Position numbers and translations under genes: made by a program
Source of the DNA: Nitrospinota bacterium
GTDB lineage: Bacteria; UBA8248
Assembly (NCBI GenBank): GCA_046581755.1
Contig: JAYGFR010000050.1
Location: forward strand, 1-35,844
DNA: 35,844 bases
Direction: 5' to 3'
In this document: positions 1 through 6,932 of the stretch, piece after piece
How the letters are laid out: each line of letters opens with the position of its first letter
How positions within the stretch are numbered: the first letter of the stretch is position 1
The notes under the pieces: generated by a model
Database searches by the model: none
What the model saw: only the letters and a program-made list of their open reading frames with translations
What the model was told of the DNA's origin: nothing

Positions 1-100
1 GGCAATGACCCAGGGGCGGTCCTCCGCTGTCGCTGATCTTCAGCCGATTTACGGGCGGAAACCCAGGGCGGAAACCCTTTGGCCCAGCTTTGAAACTTGA
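1..100 (+). CDS. tsaB: 3' end of probable tRNA threonylcarbamoyladenosine biosynthesis protein TsaB (partial, runs off the window)
   Basis: Frame starting at nt 2 reads AMTQGRSSAVADLQPIYGRKPRAETLWPSFET* (TGA 98-100). LxPxYxRxxxAE is the typical TsaB/YeaZ C-terminal motif. Only 32 codons are visible. Confidence 0.6.
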   Translation, partial: AMTQGRSSAVADLQPIYGRKPRAETLWPSFET

Positions 101-125
101 CCCGGCGCGGGCATTTTCGTAGGTT
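97..125 (+). promoter_or_regulatory. Putative sigma-70 promoter for the DUF465 gene
   Basis: TTGACC (97-102), 17-nt spacer, TAGGTT (120-125). Confidence 0.45.
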
Positions 126-222
126 CGAAGCTAGGAAATACCGGGAAGGTTTGAGTCTTCACTTCCCTGGGAGCGAACCCCGACAATGCTTCATAACACT
201 TTGAAAAGAGGGGAAATACAGC

Positions 223-444
223 ATGGATCCCACCGATGAAAACCGCCCCCATCAGCAGGCAACGGTCAACGAGGACGATCTAGAGCAGATCAGGGCTGAA
301 CATACCCTTTTGGAGGAGAAAATAAACGGCCTCGAGGAACTGCGGTTTCCAACCGTATCGGAAGAATCCCAGATTAAGCAATTAAAAAAAGAAAAGCTTT
401 CGCTCAAAGAGAAGATGGAAAAAATCCAGCTCCAAGGGAGCTAA
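223..444 (+). CDS. Small coiled-coil protein, DUF465/YdcH family
   Basis: 73 aa with pattern EH..LEEKI..LE...P...EE..IKQLKKEKL.LKEKM. Purine-rich SD (AAGAGGGG) upstream. Confidence 0.8.
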   Translation: MDPTDENRPHQQATVNEDDLEQIRAEHTLLEEKINGLEELRFPTVSEESQIKQLKKEKLSLKEKMEKIQLQGS

Positions 445-502
445 TGTTTAAGCCGGAAGGCACCAAAAAGTTTGATCAGAGTGCAAGATCAACACTTTAC
501 AC

Positions 503-532
503 TTGACCGTGCATCAAAAAGAAGCATATAGT
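503..532 (+). promoter_or_regulatory. Putative sigma-70 promoter of the ilv operon
   Basis: TTGACC (503-508), 18-nt spacer, TATAGT (527-532). Confidence 0.55.
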
Positions 533-696
533 TTGGCCGTTTTCGGCAGTTATTTTGCCAGAGGCTAGGCGGAAACCCATAAGTAAAGATAGAACCAGGG
601 CAGTCGAGTTGGGGACCGCTTTTGGCCCTTTGAGATAAAGGTTGCGGCTTAATGTATTCGAGAATTGCTTCTCAGGTAAATGAGTCTGTCGTAGGG

Positions 697-740
697 AGGG
701 GGCGGTGCGCTCTTACGCGCCTCCCCCTGATTTGATTTTA
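697..740 (+). terminator. Terminator/attenuator-like hairpin in the ilvB leader
   Basis: AGGGGGcGGTGCG-ctctta-CGCGCCtCCCCCT (697-728), followed by T-rich GATTTGATTTTA. Confidence 0.4.
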
Positions 741-813
741 CCTCGGGAAAATTTTTCGGATCAACCAATCTGCCGGAAGCAACCAAGGACGCTCCGGCTG
801 AGGAGTATCGGCC

Positions 814-2580
814 GTGACTGCTAAAATCCGTTCCCCCATCAAACTTGAAAACAAAAAACTCTCCGGAGCCGAAATCATCTACCGGTGCCTCGAACTCGAG
901 GGAGTCGAGTACATCTTCGGGCATCCGGGGGCTATTTTGTTGACGCTCCTCGATCTGTTCCTTAAGCGCAGCAACATCAAACACATTCTCACGCGGCACG
1001 AACAGTGCGCCGCCCATATGGCCGAGGGCTACGCCCGGGCAAGTGGCGAGGTGGGCGTCTGCCTTGCAACCTCGGGCCCCGGCGCCACAAACCTCATCAC
1101 AGGCATCACGGACGCATACATGGATTCGATCCCCATCGTTTGTCTGACCGGCCAGGTGGCCACCTTCATGGTCGGCAACGACGCCTTCCAAGAGGCCGAC
1201 ATTGTTGGAATGACGCGCACGGTCACCAAGCAAAACTATCTAATCAAGGAGATAAAGGATCTGGCGCCCACGCTAAAAGAAGCTTTTCACATCGCCCGCA
1301 CCGGACGCCCGGGACCGGTTCTGATCGATATGCCCAAGGATATTATTTTGGGCGAGGCCTTCTTCCAGGTTCCCGAGGAGGTGAATATTCGGGGCTATAA
1401 GCCCAGAACCAAGGGCCACCCGAGGCAAATCAAACGGGTCGCGGAAACTATCAAAGAAGCAAAGAAGCCCATCCTTTACGTGGGCGGGGGGGCCATTCAC
1501 GCCAATGCCAATAAGGAATTAATGAAACTGGCCGAGACGGCTGATATCCCAGTGACATGGACTCTTCTCGGGGCGGGTTCATTTCCCAGCGACCACGATC
1601 TAGCCCTCGGCATGCTCGGAATGCACGGAACGGCTTACTCCAACAAGGCAGTCGATGAGTGCGATCTTCTCATCGCCGTCGGCGCTCGCTTCGATGACCG
1701 CGTGACGGGAAAAATCTCCGAGTTTGCGACTGGGGCCAAAATCATTCATATCGACATCGATCCCACGGCCATCGGGAAGAATGTTCCCGTGGACGTCCCT
1801 GTCGTTGGCGACGCGAAGAGTGTTCTCCACGAGGTGAACAAGCTCGTCAAACGCCAAAAGCGTACGGTGTGGCGCAAACATGTTGATAACCTCAAGGAGA
1901 AGTTTCCCCTAACATTTGAGACCGCAGAGGGAGGCCCGATCAAGCCCCAGGAAGCCATCGTCACACTCAGCGAAGAGGTGGGCGAAGACGCCATTTATAC
2001 AACCGAAGTCGGCCAACATCAGATGTGGGCCGCCCAATTTCTTCAGTTGTCGTTTCCGCGCCAATTCATCTCATCGGGCGGTCTCGGGACTATGGGCTTC
2101 GGCTTTCCGGCGGCGATTGGTGCCGCCCTGGCACGTCCCGACAAACTGGTGATTGACGTTGCCGGGGACGGGAGTTTCCAGATGGTGCTTCAGGAACTGG
2201 CCACCGCGGTCCAGTACGGAATTCCCGTGAAGGTGTTCATCCTCAACAACTACGGCCTTGGGATGGTCCGCCAATGGCAGGATTTATTCATGGATCGCCG
2301 TTTCAGCGAGGTCAGCTTGGAAGTGGGCCCGGACTACGTTCCACTCGCCGCCGCCTATGGCGCGAAAGGACTTCATATCGATGACCGCAAGGATTTGCGG
2401 CCCGCTATTCAGGAAATGATTAAAACCCCTGGCCCCTTCATTCTCGACGTGGCGGTTGACCCGGACGAGTTGGTTTTTCCGATGGTTCCGGCCGGCGGAG
2501 CGAACAGGGATATGATTCTCGAAGATCCGAGAAAGAAAAAACCTTTAAAGGGCAAGTTGGGCGCCCTGCCGGATAATTAG
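814..2580 (+). CDS. ilvB: Acetolactate synthase (AHAS) large subunit, biosynthetic type, copy 1
   Basis: RHEQ catalytic Glu, TSGPGATN, DAFQE, GARFDDRVTG, VGQHQMW, GDGS...NN ThDP motif, MVRQWQ. GTG start with GAGGAG SD (800-805). Confidence 0.95.
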   Translation: MTAKIRSPIKLENKKLSGAEIIYRCLELEGVEYIFGHPGAILLTLLDLFLKRSNIKHILTRHEQCAAHMAEGYARASGEVGVCLATSGPGATNLITGITDAYMDSIPIVCLTGQVATFMVGNDAFQEADIVGMTRTVTKQNYLIKEIKDLAPTLKEAFHIARTGRPGPVLIDMPKDIILGEAFFQVPEEVNIRGYKPRTKGHPRQIKRVAETIKEAKKPILYVGGGAIHANANKELMKLAETADIPVTWTLLGAGSFPSDHDLALGMLGMHGTAYSNKAVDECDLLIAVGARFDDRVTGKISEFATGAKIIHIDIDPTAIGKNVPVDVPVVGDAKSVLHEVNKLVKRQKRTVWRKHVDNLKEKFPLTFETAEGGPIKPQEAIVTLSEEVGEDAIYTTEVGQHQMWAAQFLQLSFPRQFISSGGLGTMGFGFPAAIGAALARPDKLVIDVAGDGSFQMVLQELATAVQYGIPVKVFILNNYGLGMVRQWQDLFMDRRFSEVSLEVGPDYVPLAAAYGAKGLHIDDRKDLRPAIQEMIKTPGPFILDVAVDPDELVFPMVPAGGANRDMILEDPRKKKPLKGKLGALPDN

Positions 2581-2592
2581 GAGGATTCACCC

Positions 2593-4293
2593 GTGGAGCT
2601 TTCCGGCTCACAGATTGTCATCGAGGAATTAAAGGCAAACGGAGTGGAGATAGCCTTCGGAATTCCTGGTGGGGCCATCATGCCCTTCTACGATGAACTC
2701 CAAAGATCCAAATTTCCACACATTCTCACGCGCCATGAACAAGGAGCCACCCACATGGCCGATGGGTATGCCCGCGTAAGCGGCAAAGTGGCAGCCGTCG
2801 TCACTACATCGGGGCCGGGGGCGACCAATACCATCACGGGTCTTTGCAATGCATTGATGGATTCAGTCCCCATGATCGTCATCACGGGCCAAGTTGCGAC
2901 ACCCGCCATCGGGACTGACGCCTTCCAGGAGGCAGACACCTATGGATGCACCCTCCCGGTAACAAAACACAACTGGCTGGTGAAGGACCCCCGCGATCTT
3001 CAGAATGTGGTGCGCGAGGCTATCAGGGTGGCCACCACCGGACGGCCAGGCCCCGTGGTCATCGACATCCCCAAAGATGTCCAAATCGCTACGGCGGAGT
3101 ACAACCCCCAAAAAGTAACCAAAGTCGCGCCCTCGGCTGAACCGATTTTTCAGATGCCCGAACCCGACGCCGAGGCCATCGACCGTTTGATTGAGGCTAT
3201 TGGGCATTCCGAAAAACCCATAATTATGGCCGGCGCGGGAATTCTCAAAGCAGGTGCATCCACCGAACTCACAGAATTCGCCCGGCGGACAGGGATCCCC
3301 GTAATCAACACCCTACTCGGCTTGGGCGGCTTCCCGGGCACGGATCCCCTTTTTCTTGGCATGCCCGGAATGCATGGGACGGCCTATGCCAACATGGCCC
3401 TTTGCGAATGCGACCTGCTAATCAACCTCGGGGGACGCTTTGACGATCGTGTAACGGGCAAGGTGGGTAGTTTCGCAACGAATGCGGTAATCGCCCACGT
3501 GGATATCGACGCGGCCGAACTTGGAAAAAGGGTCCGGACCCATATTCCCATCCTGGCCAATGTGCGCGACGTTCTCCTCCTGCTTAACGTGCAGGTGAAA
3601 AAAAAGGAAAGACCAGCCTGGATCGGCCAGATCGAATCGTGGAAGCGGGAGTATCCCCTTCAGTATGATTGGGACGGCTCGATTAAGCCTCAGTATGTAA
3701 TCGAGCAGATTCAAGAAATTTCCGGTGGTGATGGTGTCTACGTCTCAGGCGTGGGCCAACATCAGATGTGGGCCGCCCAATTCATCCGCTTCAACGAGCC
3801 TAACTCGTGGGTCTCCTCGGGCGGGCTTGGAACAATGGGCTTCGGCCTGCCCGCCGCTATTGGCGCGAAGGTGGGCCGCCCAGACAAGGATGTATGGCTC
3901 ATCGATGGCGATGGAAGCTTTTCGATGACGCTGGTCGAACTGGCGACCGCGGCTACCTACAATATTCCCGTTAAGGTAGCAATTTTGAATAATGCATCTC
4001 TCGGCATGGTGCGTCAGTGGCAGGAGTTGTTCTTCGAGAAACGCTACTCGCATGTCCACTATCCGGAAAACCCTGATTTCGCCAAAATCGCCGAGGGGTA
4101 TCATGTTCGGGGCATCGACATCAAGGATATGGATCGGGTGCGGACCACACTCGAGGAAGCAGCCGAAATTGACGGTCCTGTTGTGATGAACTTTCATGTC
4201 GCTCGAGAAGAGAACGTCTGGCCGATAGTTCCAGCCGGTATGGGAAACGACGAAATGCAACTCGGTCCCGAAACTACGGGGAAAATAACATGA
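2593..4293 (+). CDS. ilvB: Acetolactate synthase (AHAS) large subunit, biosynthetic type, copy 2
   Basis: GIPGGA, RHEQGA, TSGPGATN, DAFQE, RFDDRVTG, GDGS...NN, MVRQWQ. GTG start with GGAGG SD. Confidence 0.95.
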   Translation: MELSGSQIVIEELKANGVEIAFGIPGGAIMPFYDELQRSKFPHILTRHEQGATHMADGYARVSGKVAAVVTTSGPGATNTITGLCNALMDSVPMIVITGQVATPAIGTDAFQEADTYGCTLPVTKHNWLVKDPRDLQNVVREAIRVATTGRPGPVVIDIPKDVQIATAEYNPQKVTKVAPSAEPIFQMPEPDAEAIDRLIEAIGHSEKPIIMAGAGILKAGASTELTEFARRTGIPVINTLLGLGGFPGTDPLFLGMPGMHGTAYANMALCECDLLINLGGRFDDRVTGKVGSFATNAVIAHVDIDAAELGKRVRTHIPILANVRDVLLLLNVQVKKKERPAWIGQIESWKREYPLQYDWDGSIKPQYVIEQIQEISGGDGVYVSGVGQHQMWAAQFIRFNEPNSWVSSGGLGTMGFGLPAAIGAKVGRPDKDVWLIDGDGSFSMTLVELATAATYNIPVKVAILNNASLGMVRQWQELFFEKRYSHVHYPENPDFAKIAEGYHVRGIDIKDMDRVRTTLEEAAEIDGPVVMNFHVAREENVWPIVPAGMGNDEMQLGPETTGKIT

Positions 4294-4793
4294 GGCAAAT
4301 ATTTTCGATTCTTGTGAACAATCATCCAGGCGTGCTCTCACACGTTTCGGGCTTGTTCGCCCGCCGTGGCTACAACATCGAGAGCATCGCCGCCGGACCG
4401 ACCGAGAATCCGGAAACCACCCGAATCGTGATCGTCGCCATCGGGGAAAAAGAGACTCTTGAGCAGATCGCCCGGCAACTGCGCAAACTCTACGACGTTC
4501 GTGAAGTCAATCAACTCCCATACAACCGTTCAGTCACGCGCGAACTGGTCTTGGCTACCGTAGCCGCCGGGGCCGAAAAGCGCACCGAAGTGCTTCAGAT
4601 CGCAAATGCGTTCGGGGCCAACATCGTCAACGTATCCGACTCCAGCGTCACAATTGAGGCGAGCGGCAACGATCACAAAACCCGGATTCTCATTAAAACT
4701 CTCGAGAAGTACGGAATATCCAACATGGCACGGACCGGGATGATCGCCCTGCCCTTCGACGGAATGTCAGAAGAATGGGAGCCTCTTGCCTGA
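4290..4793 (+). CDS. ilvH: Acetolactate synthase small regulatory subunit, copy 1
   Basis: ACT domain LVNNHPGVLSHVSGLFARRGYNIES, RELVL, C-terminal ARTG. ATGA overlap with the ilvB copy 2 stop. Confidence 0.92.
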   Translation: MRQIFSILVNNHPGVLSHVSGLFARRGYNIESIAAGPTENPETTRIVIVAIGEKETLEQIARQLRKLYDVREVNQLPYNRSVTRELVLATVAAGAEKRTEVLQIANAFGANIVNVSDSSVTIEASGNDHKTRILIKTLEKYGISNMARTGMIALPFDGMSEEWEPLA

Positions 4794-5326
4794 TGCCTAA
4801 AAATACAGACAAAACCGAGGCGGAGCAAAAACACACTTTTGCCGTCCTCGTCGAGAACAAATTCGGAGTTCTCGCAAAAGTGGCCAGTCTTTTCAGCGCC
4901 CGCGGATACAACATCGAGAGCCTCTGTGTCGGGGTGACACAGGATCCGACCGTTTCGCGGATAACGGTCGTAACGAGCGGCGACGTAAAGATTCTCGAAC
5001 AGATTCGAAAACAGCTCAGCAAGCTGATCGACACAATCAAGGTTTTGGAAATGGATGATACTCAGACCGCGGAACGGGAACTCGTTCTCATCAAGGTTGC
5101 GGCTCCGAAGGATAAGCGCTCGGAGGTTCTCCAAATTGTCGAAATATTTCGCGCCCGTACGATAGATATTTCCACCGACACGTTGGTCATCGAGATAACC
5201 GGAGACACTGGAAAAATCAACGCTATCTTGGAACTCCTCCGGACGCACGGCATCAAGGAAATCGCCCGTACCGGAAAGGTTGCGCTGAGCCGTGGCGCCA
5301 AAACCCTCGAAGGGCTCAAAAGCTAG
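4793..5326 (+). CDS. ilvH: Acetolactate synthase small regulatory subunit, copy 2
   Basis: LVENKFGVLAKVASLFSARGYNIESL, EQI.KQL.KLID, ERELVLIKV, EIARTG. Start moved to ATG 4793 (TGATG overlap). Confidence 0.93.
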   Translation: MPKNTDKTEAEQKHTFAVLVENKFGVLAKVASLFSARGYNIESLCVGVTQDPTVSRITVVTSGDVKILEQIRKQLSKLIDTIKVLEMDDTQTAERELVLIKVAAPKDKRSEVLQIVEIFRARTIDISTDTLVIEITGDTGKINAILELLRTHGIKEIARTGKVALSRGAKTLEGLKS

Positions 5327-5331
5327 CTCCG

Positions 5332-5976
5332 ATGTCACAACATAACTCGAACCGCCGATTTCCCGTAGCGAAAGAAGGTTGGGGATATGCAATCGGTCTC
5401 CTTTCATTGGGGTTCTTCGCCGTTTGGATGAAGGGGAGTGGGTGGGCATTCTTTTTCTTCATTTTGGCGATGTGCGTCATCGCATTTTTCAGGGATCCGG
5501 ATCGGACTCCTCCGGACGATCCCGGCACCGTCGTATCGCCCGCGGATGGCCGTATCATCGCCATCGAAAACACCCGTGAAGGCGGAAAAATGGTGGGTAT
5601 ATTCCTCTCCATCTATGATGTGCACATCAACAGATCACCTGTGGAGGGGTCTATCCGGGAAGTTAACTACCGCCCAGGAAAATTCCTTGCGGCTTTCAAC
5701 AAGGAAGCAGCTCGGGTCAACGAACAGAATGCTATCGACATTCGGACGAATTCGGGAGAGAATTTCAAGGTGGTGCAGATTGCGGGGCTAATCGCCCGCC
5801 GCATAGTCAGTTGGCGGATGAAGGGCGACACTTTGGCAAAAGGCGAGCGCATCGGCCTGATTCAATTTGGATCTCGCACGGACCTTCACATGCCGCCCGG
5901 CTATGCGGTTTCGATCTCCATGGGGGATCGGGTTCGCGGAGGAGAAACCGTCATTGCCAGATCAACTAAAAGATAA
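5332..5976 (+). CDS. psd: Phosphatidylserine decarboxylase proenzyme (short type)
   Basis: FFRDPDR, VVSPADG, DVHINRSP, QIAGLIARRI, FGSRTD self-cleavage (pyruvoyl) site. Confidence 0.93.
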   Translation: MSQHNSNRRFPVAKEGWGYAIGLLSLGFFAVWMKGSGWAFFFFILAMCVIAFFRDPDRTPPDDPGTVVSPADGRIIAIENTREGGKMVGIFLSIYDVHINRSPVEGSIREVNYRPGKFLAAFNKEAARVNEQNAIDIRTNSGENFKVVQIAGLIARRIVSWRMKGDTLAKGERIGLIQFGSRTDLHMPPGYAVSISMGDRVRGGETVIARSTKR

Positions 5977-6802
5977 AATTCGCACTCGGTGGGAACAAGG
6001 GAAGCGGCGGCGAAGGCGGCGAAGACGGCCTCGGCTCAAGCGCGGCATATTTCTCCTTCCAAACTTGTTTACCACAGGGACCCTGTTCGCGGGCTTCTAT
6101 GCTATTATTGCAGCCATTCAGAATGATTTCTGGTGGGCATCCTTCGCCATCCTCATCTCAATTATTCTCGACGGCTTGGACGGTGCGGTTGCGCGGTTGA
6201 CGAAGTCTTCCAGCCCGTTCGGACTTCAATACGATTCGCTCTGCGATCTGGCGGCGTTCGGAATTGCGCCTTCCATTCTTATCTATAAATGGGCACTGGC
6301 TCCATTTGGGCGCGTCGGTTGGCTCGCAGTATTCATCTTCGCGGCCTGTTCGGCGCTTCGCCTAGCCCGATTCAACGTTCTTACGCAGACCCTGGGTGCC
6401 ACCGCCGATTTTCGAGGACTACCCACTCCCGCCGGCGCCGGCGTTCTGGCATCATGGGTGTTTCTGGCTGAGCACTATGGGCTGAGGCAGTTTGTCCCGG
6501 CTTCTATCTCGCCCTTCCCAGCATATTTGCTGGCTTTTTTGGCATATATGTTAGCCTTTTTGATGGTCAGTACGGTCCGCTACACCAGCTTCAAAGATCT
6601 AGGAGGCCGCCTTCAAAGACCATTTCGCGTACTGGTCGCCGCCGTACTCGCGCTCTTTATCGCAGCAGCCATTCCCCAGGTGGTTGCATTTCTGGTCATG
6701 GCCGGCTATGCCGTTTCCGGTCCCATTCTTCATTACAAGCGCTACCGCAAATCCAAAGAAATTGTGACCCAGCCCGAACCAGTGGCCTCCGAAGTCAGCT
6801 AG
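5954..6802 (+). CDS. pssA: CDP-diacylglycerol--serine O-phosphatidyltransferase
   Basis: LLPNLFT, CDP-alcohol motif DGLDGAVAR...FG.QYDSLCD...FG.AP, LRLARFN, F.GLP.P. Adjacent to psd. Start placed at in-frame TTG 5954, 9 nt after GGAGGAG (start uncertain). Confidence 0.92.
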   Translation: MPDQLKDKIRTRWEQGKRRRRRRRRPRLKRGIFLLPNLFTTGTLFAGFYAIIAAIQNDFWWASFAILISIILDGLDGAVARLTKSSSPFGLQYDSLCDLAAFGIAPSILIYKWALAPFGRVGWLAVFIFAACSALRLARFNVLTQTLGATADFRGLPTPAGAGVLASWVFLAEHYGLRQFVPASISPFPAYLLAFLAYMLAFLMVSTVRYTSFKDLGGRLQRPFRVLVAAVLALFIAAAIPQVVAFLVMAGYAVSGPILHYKRYRKSKEIVTQPEPVASEVS

Positions 6803-6813
6803 GAGGAGATTTG

Positions 6814-6842
6814 TTGCCTTCTCCTCATGGAGGAGGCATAAT
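6814..6842 (+). promoter_or_regulatory. Putative sigma-70 promoter for lptD, overlapped by an inverted repeat
   Basis: TTGCCT (6814-6819), 17-nt spacer, CATAAT (6837-6842). TGCCTtCTCC-tcat-GGAGgAGGCA spans it. Confidence 0.5.
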
Positions 6843-6932
6843 TTGCCCACTTCTAAAAAGTCATCCTGATCGGAGAGCCGCTTTTCCGGCCTTCACGAGC
6901 TCACCCTCCAGCCACGAGCCGCAAAAGGGATA

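Noticed and set aside
604..620. GAGTTGGGGACCGCT resembling a T-box antiterminator bulge
   Set aside because: The bulge would be TGGGGACC rather than the 7-nt TGGNACC. There is too little room after the putative TSS for stem I, and no AG/GNUG boxes were seen.
649..1233. 194-aa - strand ORF
   Set aside because: Antisense shadow of ilvB copy 1 with no recognisable motifs.
4673..5449. 258-aa - strand ORF
   Set aside because: Antisense shadow of ilvH/psd, as expected in GC-rich DNA.
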